This document shows, piece by piece, positions 35,617-55,909 of a stretch of 64,000 bases of DNA. Source of the DNA: an uncultured Campylobacter sp. (lineage in GTDB: Bacteria > Campylobacterota > Campylobacteria > Campylobacterales > Campylobacteraceae). The stretch lies in NCBI RefSeq assembly GCF_938045345.1, contig NZ_CALIMS010000053.1, positions 1,099 through 65,098 of the forward strand, given 5' to 3'. The translations under genes were made by a program, and so were the position numbers. The stretch's first letter is position 1; each line of letters opens with the position of its first letter. The notes under the pieces are model-generated. The model worked only from the letters and a program-made list of their open reading frames with translations, ran no database searches and had not been told where the DNA came from.

Positions 35617-36048
35617 ATGCTAAATAGAATTTTTGCATTAATCGGATTTTTTGCTTTTTTCACATGGGGACTGGCGGCCGCTCTATCGGGAAAAGTCGAT
35701 ATAAAACCCGGCTTTATGGCACCAGTAAAGCTTGATAGCGCATATCTGCGTACCATCATAGGAATTTTATGCTTTGCGGCGTGCGTTTTCTTTTTATATC
35801 TTGCTTTTCGCTCCGAAAAAAGCATAAAATATTATCCTAAATTTATGCGCTGCAAAGAGTGTCTTAAATTTTATAATTTCTCGGACGTTAAAGATGGGGG
35901 CGTTTGCCCTAAGTGCGGAGGCGAACTGCAAAATTATGCCGAGATAGAAAAATCGGATCAAATAGAAAAGAATAAAAAGCTTGAGAAATATTATAAATTT
36001 GAAGAGGAGTGGCTAAAGAAGGTACAAAATCGGTGCGATGAGGAATAA
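35617..36048 (+). CDS. multi-TM protein with a C-terminal CxxC...CxxC zinc ribbon (paralog 2)
   Basis: About 3 TM helices are followed by YYPKFMRCKECLKFYNFSDVKDGGVCPKCGGEL. The architecture matches the upstream gene. Confidence 0.55.
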   Translation: MLNRIFALIGFFAFFTWGLAAALSGKVDIKPGFMAPVKLDSAYLRTIIGILCFAACVFFLYLAFRSEKSIKYYPKFMRCKECLKFYNFSDVKDGGVCPKCGGELQNYAEIEKSDQIEKNKKLEKYYKFEEEWLKKVQNRCDEE

Positions 36049-36160
36049 AATTTTAAAAGATGAGGTGCCGCCTTAAGGTATAAATTAAAATTTAGATATA
36101 TCCGCACGGAAATATCATAAGGCGTTATAAATAGAATTCCGATAAAGGAGCGAAAATAAG

Positions 36161-36523
36161 ATGAGAATTTTGACATTAGTATTAGTCATAATTTGGATGG
36201 CAATATTTAGCGGCTGCATGAATCCGATACCTAATAAGTTTTTAACAAGCAATAATTATGGATTTGTTAGTCAGTGTGCAGGCATTTTTGACTTCGGAGC
36301 GGATTATGAAATCGATGATAGCAAAATTTATGCCTTTAAAAAAAACGTGCACCGTACAATTTATATTAAAACAGAGCAAAATTTTATACCTACGCAGATA
36401 AACGCAGGGTTGGCGGGACTTGTTCCTATCGAAAGTTGTGGCGATAAGTGGTGTAAAATTTACTATCCTTGCGGTCAAAAAGAGTATTTTGTAAAGAAAG
36501 ACGATATAGTAAAAAGATATTAA
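36161..36523 (+). CDS. small lipoprotein (paralog 1)
   Basis: Signal peptide with the lipobox IFSGC. The C-terminus reads ESCGDKWCKIYYPCGQKEYFVKKDDIV. AAGGAG RBS. Confidence 0.55.
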   Translation: MRILTLVLVIIWMAIFSGCMNPIPNKFLTSNNYGFVSQCAGIFDFGADYEIDDSKIYAFKKNVHRTIYIKTEQNFIPTQINAGLAGLVPIESCGDKWCKIYYPCGQKEYFVKKDDIVKRY

Positions 36524-36545
36524 TTTTATACTTGAAAGGAGAGCT

Positions 36546-36875
36546 GTGAAGTATTTCGCACCTTTTATATTGTTATTATTCTTTTGCGGATGTGAGCCGT
36601 ATTTTATGAAATATGCCGCCAAATGCGCCGGCGCCGATGATAAATCCGCTCAAAAGAATATGTATTGGTTTAAGGATAGGCATAAATATAGTTATTTTTA
36701 TGAGGGAGAATATAGAACCTATGCATCCAAAAATGAAAATGATGTCTTGGCAAGACCCGATTATCCTATATTTGTAATAAGCCACTGCGATGATAAGTGG
36801 TGCGAGGTCGTTGAAAAGTGCAGCGATATAAAAGTATTTGTAAAAAAGAGCGATATAATACCATACAAAAGATAG
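36546..36875 (+). CDS. small lipoprotein (paralog 2)
   Basis: GTG start after AAGGAG, with the lipobox FFCGC. The C-terminus reads SHCDDKWCEVVEKCSDIKVFVKKSDII, parallel to paralog 1. Confidence 0.5.
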   Translation: MKYFAPFILLLFFCGCEPYFMKYAAKCAGADDKSAQKNMYWFKDRHKYSYFYEGEYRTYASKNENDVLARPDYPIFVISHCDDKWCEVVEKCSDIKVFVKKSDIIPYKR

Positions 36876-36981
36876 GCGCCGCCTTAAGGTATAAATTTCA
36901 ATACGCGCAGAGTATCTTAAGCGCGTATAGCGTAAATTTAAAGCAGCTTGAGAAAGCAAATAAAACAAGAAGGATTCAAAA

Positions 36982-37710
36982 ATGAAAAGCGTAAAAGGTA
37001 TTTTCCGTTATCTTTTTCCGGTAAGAGATGGACGAGAACTGTATTGGATTAAAATTCCAAAAGGGCAAAGCGGTCGTTTTGGAAAAGAATTTATATTCGA
37101 GCCCGAATCGATTGCGAAATCGGACGCGCAAAAACTCGGTATAAAAATAGATCCAAAGCTTTTAAGTGATAAGCGAATTAAATTTCATATACGCGATATG
37201 TATTATAAGACATATTATGATATAACATCTTTCGGTATCGATGAGAGCTACGCCGATTCGCGGCAAATAGATCTTGATTTGGAAGACATAAAACAAATTG
37301 TAAAATCGGATGCAGACGATCCTTATTATGTATATGGCTATAGCTTAAACATAGAGCAGATGAGATCTTTTGGATGCCTTGATATGGTTAAGCCCGGTTT
37401 TTCATACTTCTTTGGTTCCTCTGCCGGCCATGAAAGAATAATCAAAGCTCCAAATAGCGGCGATAAAAATATAAAAGGCTGCTATATAAATGTCTTTGAT
37501 AGCGATACGGAAGCCTTTTACGTGGCGCTATTGGACGTTAAGCTGCCTTTTAGCGAAGTTGCAAAAATAGTCGCTCCGCTGAGCGTAGAGGCAAATATCC
37601 ATTATTCTTATAGCCTCTCCGAAGAGCAGATTATAAAATTGGGATTTCCTGAAATTTTAAAAGAAAATGGCGGCAAAATCGACGCTCAAATATCGGTAGA
37701 GATAGTATAA
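36982..37710 (+). CDS. hypothetical protein with an internal repeat (last gene of the AT-rich island)
   Basis: 242 aa with an AAGGA RBS. YVYGYSLNIEQMRSFG is echoed by HYSYSLSEEQIIKLGF. Confidence 0.5.
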   Translation: MKSVKGIFRYLFPVRDGRELYWIKIPKGQSGRFGKEFIFEPESIAKSDAQKLGIKIDPKLLSDKRIKFHIRDMYYKTYYDITSFGIDESYADSRQIDLDLEDIKQIVKSDADDPYYVYGYSLNIEQMRSFGCLDMVKPGFSYFFGSSAGHERIIKAPNSGDKNIKGCYINVFDSDTEAFYVALLDVKLPFSEVAKIVAPLSVEANIHYSYSLSEEQIIKLGFPEILKENGGKIDAQISVEIV

Positions 37711-37841
37711 TCTCATAATTTAAAATTTAGCCGTTAAATGGATTAAGTAATGCAGCCCAAAATTAGAAATTTATGCGTATCACTGGAAAATAAAATTTTA
37801 AATTGACGTGCGTTTAAATTTTAAAATTTAAGCGCCCTTTT

Positions 37842-37850
37842 TGTTATAAT
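37842..37850 (+). promoter_or_regulatory. extended -10 promoter (TGTTATAAT) for 37876 gene
   Basis: TGnTATAAT lies 26 nt upstream of the ATG at 37876, with an AAAGGAG RBS at 37863-37869. Confidence 0.45.
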
Positions 37851-37875
37851 TTCATCAAATTTAAAAGGAGAGACG

Positions 37876-38619
37876 ATGGCTTTGTTAAATCTTTTCAAAA
37901 AAGGTGGCAAAAATAGCGCAAACGCCGCAAAGATCGGCAAGACCGCGCAGGAGCGCAAGGATATAAGCATCGAAATTTTAAAATCGCAGGGCGTGCCGTA
38001 CATTGACCATCTGCCGCTGCGATACGAGACGGACGAGATCACTCCGCGCGAAAAAGACGAGGTCATCGCTCGCGCGATCTGTTCTTACGCGACGATAATG
38101 TGCGCCTGCTCGATCAGAGACGAGGGCAAGCTCGCAGACGAGGATAAGCAGGGCGTGCAGGGCTTTCTAGATAACCGCTACGGCTGCATAGACAAGCTCA
38201 CGCGCATGGAGCGCCGCGTCGTGCAGGGCGAGGCGAGCCGCGACGAGGCCGTGAATATGGGCTGGAAATACGAGTCGCTGTGGTCGCTGATGTAGGCGAT
38301 GGGGCTCGTGGAGGAGCTTAGCTTTCCAAAGGGTATCTGCGACTGCGGATTTGTGATGGATACCTTTAGCGGCGGCGATTTTTCTGCGCGCGTGAAGCTG
38401 CGGGGCACGGATGAAATTTTGCAGGCGCTCGATCTTATCTACCGCTACCACTGGGCGTGCGTCAATGCCCGCGTGCACGGCTCAGACTGCGCGGGGCTCG
38501 ACGAAGAGGTCGTGATGGAGAGGCGCGGCGGGCTAGAATGGCTGTGCTGCAAGGGGGACGAAAACGATAATCTGACGGATGAATATAATGCGTGGGATTA
38601 TCCGGACTTGAATACTTAG
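37876..38619 (+). pseudogene. DUF4272-like gene interrupted by one in-frame TAG
   Basis: ORFs 37876..38295 and 38299..38619 are in the same frame, separated only by the TAG at 38293-38295 and one codon (...YESLWSLM * A MGLVEEL...). The family name is from memory. Confidence 0.55.
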
Positions 38620-39244
38620 CGCTTGTCTTTTTCTGCTTATACTTCGTTGAAATTTAATTTTCAGGCTCGGCAGGCTATCTGCCTGGCCTACACCTAAAAA
38701 TCAAATTTCGCCTCGTTTAAGCGAAAAATACTTCGCCTTAATTCCCGCGTTTTTTCTCTTTGCTATACGTCGTTGCGTCTAAAATTTGCTCGATTACATA
38801 TTTACATACACGCTCCGCCCGCAAATTTTATCCGCGCCTTGTTTAGCTTTGCGGCACCGCCGCTTACACTCCTTCTTTGTACTCAAATTTAGAAACTATT
38901 TTTGCATCGTCGTACCCACAACTGCAAGCATAAGATCGGAATTTAAAACCCGATCGCGCGCTGTTTTTTCTAAATCCAAAATATGTGCCGACGGATCGAA
39001 AGGCATACCGAATGTGAGAATTTATGAATCAATTGGAGATTAAAATTTTAAAATTTTTCTTGCAAACTGCGCAAAGAGGATCACAAACGCAGATCCGCTG
39101 AAATTTCAGACGCGACCTGCCAAATTTCAGGGCGCCGCGGAATTTTAAAATTTAAAGTTGCGGGCGAGCAAGGCGCCTGTCCGCGTATTTTAAGCCCGCT
39201 AAATTTAAGCGGGCAACGTCTGCGCCGCAGACCTAGAAATTGCA

Positions 39245-39775
39245 TCAGCCCTGCGTCGCAGCGCTTCCGCTCGCAAACGCCGCCGCATTGAGCGCCGCGT
39301 CGTAATCGGGCTCATCTACGATGTCGTCCGTGATCTGCTTGTAAGCGATCTTACCTGCGGTATCCACGACGAAAACCGCGCGGCACGTTAGCCCCGCAAG
39401 CGCGCCGTCCGCGATCAGCACGCCGTATGCGCGCGCAAACTCCTTATCGCGAAAGTCGCTTAGGGCGCGTAAATTTTTGATCCCCTCGGTCGAGCAAAAT
39501 CTGCCCGCGGCAAACGGCAGATCCATCGAGATCACGAAAACCTCGGTATTTTTTATGCTCGCGGCGCGCTCGTTAAATTTGCGCGTCTCGGTCGCGCACA
39601 CGTCCGTATCCAGGGACGGCACGGCGATGATGACCTGCGCCTTGCCCGTGCCGCCGCCGACTTTGACCTCGCTAAGATCGGCTGCGACCAGGCTGAGCTC
39701 GGGCGCCTTATCTCCCAGCTTAAGCTCGCTGCCCAAAAGATCGACGCTTACGCCTTGTAATTTGGTTTGTTGCAT
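39245..39775 (-). CDS. tpx: thiol peroxidase (atypical 2-Cys peroxiredoxin)
   Basis: VPSLDTDVCATE carries the peroxidatic Cys and SMDLPFAAGRFCS the resolving Cys. Confidence 0.9.
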   Translation of the reverse strand: MQQTKLQGVSVDLLGSELKLGDKAPELSLVAADLSEVKVGGGTGKAQVIIAVPSLDTDVCATETRKFNERAASIKNTEVFVISMDLPFAAGRFCSTEGIKNLRALSDFRDKEFARAYGVLIADGALAGLTCRAVFVVDTAGKIAYKQITDDIVDEPDYDAALNAAAFASGSAATQG

Positions 39776-40369
39776 GATTTTCCTTTGTTTTAAAATATCT
39801 GAAACGGGCGCATTATAACCCGCGAAAGCAAACGCCTGCTAAATCCGAAAACAGGCGGGCTAGAGCGCCGCCAGCTCGGCCGATATGATCGGCGCGTAGA
39901 TCGCTCTGCGAAGATGAAATTTTATGGCGCGAAGCGGCGGCGCAATTAAAGCGCCTTCCCGAGAATACCACGACTCGCATAAGCACTGATGATCGCGACC
40001 TGGTATAGGTCTATGATAGTGCGCTCCGCCTTGAGGCTGCGCCGAAAGTAAAATTTTATCCTACTTGCGATCCAGCTTACGGCGATTTTGTCCGTGAATG
40101 AAAATCAAAGCGCGATAGCGCCGCACGCGCTTTATCTGTGAATGAATATATCTCTAGTAAAACGATGGGCGCGGCATCATGAGCGCGTTTTAAGTTATGC
40201 TTTAAATTTTTAAATTTAATTGAAATTTTTTGATCTAAATTTGCAATCTACAGAAATCAAAATTTATGGGTTGAAATTTTATTTGAAGCTAGAGCGTGAG
40301 TTAAAATTTCGGCTCGTAAAGCAGGTTAAATTTAAGCGCCGTCTTAAAATTTAAAGAAGCGCCGGGGTT

Positions 40370-40387
40370 GGCGATAAAGCTATCGCC
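40370..40387 (-). terminator. weak terminator-like hairpin after fusA
   Basis: GGCGATA-AAGC-TATCGCC lies 22 nt past the fusA stop. Only a partial T-rich tail (CTTCTTT) follows it on the minus strand. Confidence 0.3.
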
Positions 40388-40408
40388 GCACCCTAGCGCC
40401 CGTTAAGC

Positions 40409-42484
<2,076 letters not shown>

Positions 42485-42493
42485 GACGCCCTC

Positions 42494-42973
<480 letters not shown>

Positions 42974-43033
42974 TCAAATTTTAAAATTTTACTCAAACTC
43001 GGCAAAATCTAGTGCCGGTCTGTTTAGGCTAAA

Positions 43034-43408
43034 CTATTTTTTAGGTCGTTTAGCACCGTATTTTGATCTTGCAACGGTTCGTTTAGCAACGCCTGCAGTA
43101 TCGAGCGCACCGCGGACGATGTGATATTTAACGCCCGGTAGGTCCTTTACGCGACCGCCGCGAACTAGCACGATGGAGTGCTCTTGTAGATTGTGACCTT
43201 CACCGCCGATATAGCTGATGACTTCAAATCCGCTAGTAAGCCTTACTTTGGCAACTTTACGAAGCGCTGAGTTTGGCTTTTTAGGGGTCGTAGTATAGAC
43301 CTTAGTACAAACTCCTCTTCGTTGAGGGCAATTCTTTAGCGCCGGAGACTTCGATTTCTCGGTAAGCTTCTTGCGCTCTTTTCTGACCAATTGATTTATG
43401 GTTGGCAC
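43034..43408 (-). CDS. rpsL: 30S ribosomal protein S12
   Basis: [10 protein letters not shown]...[11 protein letters not shown] matches S12. Confidence 0.97.
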   Translation of the reverse strand: MPTINQLVRKERKKLTEKSKSPALKNCPQRRGVCTKVYTTTPKKPNSALRKVAKVRLTSGFEVISYIGGEGHNLQEHSIVLVRGGRVKDLPGVKYHIVRGALDTAGVAKRTVARSKYGAKRPKK

Positions 43409-43491
43409 ATCTTTCCTTTCACAAAAATTTATTCAAAAAGACTTGGATTATACTTTGTTTAAACTTACAGAAACGTAAATTTAACTAAATT

Positions 43492-43881
43492 TTAATCTCT
43501 AATCAGTACAAACTCTCCGCCGCCGCAGATTACTAGGCAGATCGCGGCAGAGAGATACAGATATACGATTTCCAGCTCAAATCCGCCCACGCCGGTAAGC
43601 GCACCCAACGGAGTGTGCAGGACATAAATTATCATGAGCACGTTTGCGATCACAAGCAGAGCGCCTATGCGGCAAAATACGCCTATGATTATCATCGCTG
43701 GCGCCAGCACCTCGCCTACGTATGCACCGTAAGCCACTAAATCCGGAATTCCTCTGGCTACCAGCATCGATTTTACGCCGTCTATGCCGTGAGTAAGTTT
43801 AAAAATTCCATGCATTAAAAGACAAACTCCAAGCCCCAACCTGACAAACAACAGACCGAAATTTATGTTGATCATATTCAT
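43492..43881 (-). CDS. DoxX-family membrane protein
   Basis: 129 aa with 4 TM helices and the LLMHGIFKL motif typical of DoxX. It sits between rpoC and rpsL. Confidence 0.65.
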   Translation of the reverse strand: MNMININFGLLFVRLGLGVCLLMHGIFKLTHGIDGVKSMLVARGIPDLVAYGAYVGEVLAPAMIIIGVFCRIGALLVIANVLMIIYVLHTPLGALTGVGGFELEIVYLYLSAAICLVICGGGEFVLIRD

Positions 43882-43927
43882 GTCTCATCCTTTAAATTTA
43901 GGTAAATTTAGGGCTTTTTGCCCTAAA

Positions 43928-52650
<8,723 letters not shown>

Positions 52651-52665
52651 TTAAAATTTCGCGAT

Positions 52666-53049
52666 TTATTTGAGTTCGACTTTAGCGCCTGCTTCTTCAA
52701 GCTCTTTTTTAGCCTTCTCGGCGTCTTCTTTGTTAAGTCCCTCTTTAAGAACGGACGGAGTAGCCTCGGTAGCGTCTTTGGCTTCTTTTAGACCAAGACC
52801 TGTTAGGGCGCGAACGACCTTAATTACGTTGATTTTCTTATCGCCCGCATCAAGCAATACGACGTCGAATTCCGTTTTCTCTTCAGCTGCTGCCGCACCT
52901 GCGCCGCCAGCACCTGCGCCGCCAGCTACCATAACCGGAGCCGCGCTTACGCCGAATTTTTCCTCAAATTTTTTAACTAGTTCGCTAAGCTCTAGCACCG
53001 AACGATTAGAGATATACTCCAAAACCTCTTCATCTGTTGAAATTGCCAT
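52666..53049 (-). CDS. rplL: 50S ribosomal protein L7/L12
   Basis: 127 aa with an Ala/Gly hinge and a C-terminal domain ([17 protein letters not shown]...). Confidence 0.97.
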   Translation of the reverse strand: MAISTDEEVLEYISNRSVLELSELVKKFEEKFGVSAAPVMVAGGAGAGGAGAAAAEEKTEFDVVLLDAGDKKINVIKVVRALTGLGLKEAKDATEATPSVLKEGLNKEDAEKAKKELEEAGAKVELK

Positions 53050-53069
53050 TTTATTCTCCTAAATTTTAA

Positions 53070-53549
53070 TTAAGCGCTAGCTTCTTTTTTCTGCTTAAGC
53101 GCATTGAGGCCGATCGTAAAATTTTGAATCGGCGCATTCCATACTTGAAGTAACATCGCGATAAGCTCGTCTCTCGAAGGCATCTTCGAAAGCGCTCTAA
53201 CCTTATCTATGCCGGCTACTTCCCCATCGATATGAGCGGTCTTAAGCTTAAAAATTTCATTTTTCTCTTCAAATTTAGCCGCTACTTTACATACAGAAAG
53301 CTGCTCGCCCCATAAGAAGATATTGGTATCTTTAAAGCTAAGTCCGTTTTTTTCGGCATTTTTTAAAGCGATATTAGCTAGGGTATTTTTGATAACTCGA
53401 ACTTTTACGCCCGCTTCGCGCGCGCTATTTCTAAGATCTTCAAGCTGCTTAACGCTAAGGCCTTTAAAATCGGAAATTACTATAGCTTCGCTAGCCTTGA
53501 AAGCCTCGCCAAGCTCCGCTACTATCTTTGATTTTTCGTCTCTCGTCAT
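53070..53549 (-). CDS. rplJ: 50S ribosomal protein L10
   Basis: 159 aa, placed between rplA and rplL, with a typical L10 N-terminus. Confidence 0.95.
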   Translation of the reverse strand: MTRDEKSKIVAELGEAFKASEAIVISDFKGLSVKQLEDLRNSAREAGVKVRVIKNTLANIALKNAEKNGLSFKDTNIFLWGEQLSVCKVAAKFEEKNEIFKLKTAHIDGEVAGIDKVRALSKMPSRDELIAMLLQVWNAPIQNFTIGLNALKQKKEASA

Positions 53550-53585
53550 TAGGTCTCCTTTCCGATCGGTGATTTCAAGCCAAGC

Positions 53586-53609
53586 GATCGAAATTTTAAA
53601 ATTTCGATC
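53586..53609. repeat. perfect 24-bp palindrome in the rplA-rplJ spacer (L10 leader region)
   Basis: GATCGAAATTTT / AAAATTTCGATC. It could be a leader hairpin or one of the genome-wide AAATTTTAAAATTT palindromes. Confidence 0.8.
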
Positions 53610-53662
53610 AATTAAGTTAAAAACCTTGAGCTATCTCCAATCTAAGATAAAAATTTAAAATT

Positions 53663-54364
53663 TTATTTTAAATCGATTATTTCTTGATTATCCAGCGTAA
53701 CTGCAGGGCTCATAGTAAGTGAAAGCGATGCATGAGTTACGTATCTGCCCTTCGCAGTCGCCGGCTTATGCTTATTTATGGTTTTAATAAACGTCGTAAG
53801 ATTGTCTAAAAGCTGCTCTTTGCTAAAGCTAGCCTTGCCAAGGCCTGCGTGGATATTTCCCTGCTTATCGACGCGGAAGTTTACCTGTCCACCCTTAGCA
53901 TTTTTAACGGCCTGAGCGACATCCATAGTAACGGTACCGGTTTTAGGGTTCGGCATAACGCCTTTTGGACCAAGAATACGACCTACCTTACCGACTAGTC
54001 CCATTAAATTTGGAGTGGCGATAAGAACATCGAAATTTATATTTCCCTTTTGAATCTCTTCGATCAGATCATCGGCACCCACGATATCGGCACCTGCTTC
54101 GCTAGCCTCGCTAGCTTTTGCGTCTTTTGCAACCACGGCTACTCGAACGCTCTTGCCAGTACCAGCAGGCAAAACGACCGAGCCGCGCACCATCTGATCA
54201 GCATGTCTTGGATCTACGTTTAGTTTAAGAGCGATCTCCACCGTCTCGTCAAATTTAGCAGAAGCTAGAGTTTTTACTGTGCTTACCGCTTCGTCTACAC
54301 TATAAATTTTATTTACGTCAACTTTTTTTAAAAGTTCGTTGAATCTTTTTGAATTTTTTGGCAT
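53663..54364 (-). CDS. rplA: 50S ribosomal protein L1
   Basis: 233 aa with a typical L1 sequence and operon position. Confidence 0.97.
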   Translation of the reverse strand: MPKNSKRFNELLKKVDVNKIYSVDEAVSTVKTLASAKFDETVEIALKLNVDPRHADQMVRGSVVLPAGTGKSVRVAVVAKDAKASEASEAGADIVGADDLIEEIQKGNINFDVLIATPNLMGLVGKVGRILGPKGVMPNPKTGTVTMDVAQAVKNAKGGQVNFRVDKQGNIHAGLGKASFSKEQLLDNLTTFIKTINKHKPATAKGRYVTHASLSLTMSPAVTLDNQEIIDLK

Positions 54365-54420
54365 ATATTTCTCCGCAATTAAAGTGCTACCGCTTTTTTA
54401 AACCTTAGCGGTCAAAAGGT

Positions 54421-54846
54421 TTAGTCAGTGACCGTAATACCCATAGAACGAGCCGAACCCGCTATAATCCTAGCAGCCTGCTCTCTATCTTTGGTATTCA
54501 GATCGGCGATCTTTTTCTCGACGATCTCTAAAACTTGAGCCTTAGTTAAGGATGCTACCTTCTTTTTAAGAGGATTGTCCGAACCCTTATCTATCTTCGC
54601 CGCTTTTTTGATCAAATCCGTCGCAGGCGGTTGTTTAGTGATGAAAGTAAAGCTTTTATCGGCATAAACCGTGATAATGACCGGAATACTAAAGCCCGCC
54701 ATATCTTTGGTTCGCTCGTTAAACGCTTTGCAAAATTCCATAATATTAACGCCCTTTTGACCTAGTGCAGGACCTACCGGTGGGCTTGGATTTGCTTTTG
54801 CGGCCGCTATTTGCAGCTTGATTTCGCCAACAACTTTCTTAGCCAT
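54421..54846 (-). CDS. rplK: 50S ribosomal protein L11
   Basis: [30 protein letters not shown] is the L11 signature. Confidence 0.97.
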   Translation of the reverse strand: MAKKVVGEIKLQIAAAKANPSPPVGPALGQKGVNIMEFCKAFNERTKDMAGFSIPVIITVYADKSFTFITKQPPATDLIKKAAKIDKGSDNPLKKKVASLTKAQVLEIVEKKIADLNTKDREQAARIIAGSARSMGITVTD

Positions 54847-54866
54847 AAATTTACTCCTTATAAAAT

Positions 54867-55397
54867 TTAAATAATCTTTTCAACTTGCGAATATGAAATT
54901 TCAATCGGCGTGCTTCGTCCGAAGATCGAAACATTGAGGCGAAGTTTGCCATGGATCATATCATACTCTTCTACGATGCCGTTGAAATTAGCAAAAGGCC
55001 CATCGACGATCCTAACCGTCTCGCCCTCATCAAAATTAATCTTGGGCTTAGGAGCCTCGCGATTATTGATCTTTTCTAGAATTATTTCGATATCTTTTTC
55101 CGGTAGCGGAGAGGGCTTTTTAGCCTCGCCGATAAAGCGACTAACCTTAGGTAGCATCTGAATTCTATGCCATAAAGTGGTATCCAAATCTAAATTTGCA
55201 AAACAATACCCTGGATATAAGCTACGCTCTTTAATGGTTTGCTTTGTATTTTTGACCTCTATAACATCTTCGGTAGGCACTAGCACTTCGCCGATCTTAG
55301 TCTCAAGCGCTTCGTCTTGCTTTAGCGCTTCTATTGCGCGCTTTACCGCCATCTCGCTGCCGGCGTAAGTTTGTATCGCATACCATTTATTTGCCAT
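54867..55397 (-). CDS. nusG: transcription termination/antitermination factor NusG
   Basis: NGN domain ([11 protein letters not shown]) and a C-terminal KOW motif, in the order secE-nusG-rplK. Confidence 0.95.
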   Translation of the reverse strand: MANKWYAIQTYAGSEMAVKRAIEALKQDEALETKIGEVLVPTEDVIEVKNTKQTIKERSLYPGYCFANLDLDTTLWHRIQMLPKVSRFIGEAKKPSPLPEKDIEIILEKINNREAPKPKINFDEGETVRIVDGPFANFNGIVEEYDMIHGKLRLNVSIFGRSTPIEISYSQVEKII

Positions 55398-55411
55398 ATT
55401 GCGATCCTTAC

Positions 55412-55585
55412 TTAAGCAGTTATCAAAGCGGACATAATAAGATCCACTAGCGCTAAGAACAGTGCGATAACTACGACTACGACTACTACAGAGATATATG
55501 CTGTTTTAGTCTGATCTTTAGTCGGGAAAATTACCTTATCTAACTCTATCTTTGCTTGTTTATAATACTCTTTTACTTTTTCCAT
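55412..55585 (-). CDS. secE: preprotein translocase subunit SecE
   Basis: 57 aa with a single C-terminal TM helix. I place the start at MEKVKEYYK, because the longer ORF (to 55627) overlaps tRNA-Trp. Confidence 0.85.
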   Translation of the reverse strand: MEKVKEYYKQAKIELDKVIFPTKDQTKTAYISVVVVVVVIALFLALVDLIMSALITA

Positions 55586-55597
55586 ACCCAATCCTCG

Positions 55598-55673
55598 TGG
55601 CAGGGCAAGAGGGATTCGAACCCCCAACCATCGGATTTGGAATCCGGCGCTCTACCGTTGGAGCTATTGCCCT
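55598..55673 (-). tRNA. tRNA-Trp (anticodon CCA)
   Basis: Cloverleaf read by hand: acceptor AGGGCAA/TTGCCCT, anticodon loop ATTCCAAAT, T-loop GGTTCGAATCC and an encoded CCA end. Confidence 0.9.
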
Positions 55674-55680
55674 ATAACAA

Positions 55681-55854
55681 TTAGCCTTTTAACTTGACTT
55701 CTTTATGAAGCGTGTGCTTTTTTAATCTAGGGCAATATTTTTTAAGTTCTAGTTTTTCGGTCGTAGTTTTGCTATTTTTATAAGTAGTATAGTTAATATC
55801 GCCACTTTCGGAGCATTTTAATCCGACCTTTACTCTACTTGAATTCTTTGCCAT
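55681..55854 (-). CDS. rpmG: 50S ribosomal protein L33
   Basis: Hand translation gives [57 protein letters not shown] (57 aa). This is below the ORF-track cutoff. It lies between tuf and tRNA-Trp as in other Campylobacter. Confidence 0.85.
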   Translation of the reverse strand: MAKNSSRVKVGLKCSESGDINYTTYKNSKTTTEKLELKKYCPRLKKHTLHKEVKLKG

Positions 55855-55866
55855 TTGGTTTCCTTG

Positions 55867-55909
55867 AATAAAAAAGCAAGCGGAATTTTAAAATTCCGCT
55901 TGCAAAAAA
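55867..55909 (-). terminator. rho-independent (bidirectional-type) terminator after tuf
   Basis: A perfect 28-bp palindrome, GCAAGCGGAATTTT/AAAATTCCGCTTGC (55876-55903), is flanked by an A-run and a T-run. On the minus strand it is followed by TTTTTTATT. Confidence 0.7.

Noticed and set aside
55586-55627. Longer secE ORF starting at a TTG (MGVRIPLALPRGLG...)
   Set aside because: The extra 14 codons are simply the reverse-strand reading of the tRNA-Trp gene (55598-55673). The real start is the ATG at 55585.
55681-55854. Suspected frameshift in rpmG (L33)
   Set aside because: On my first pass I mis-transcribed one base. Re-reading the sequence gives an intact 57-codon ORF plus stop (174 nt), so there is no frameshift.
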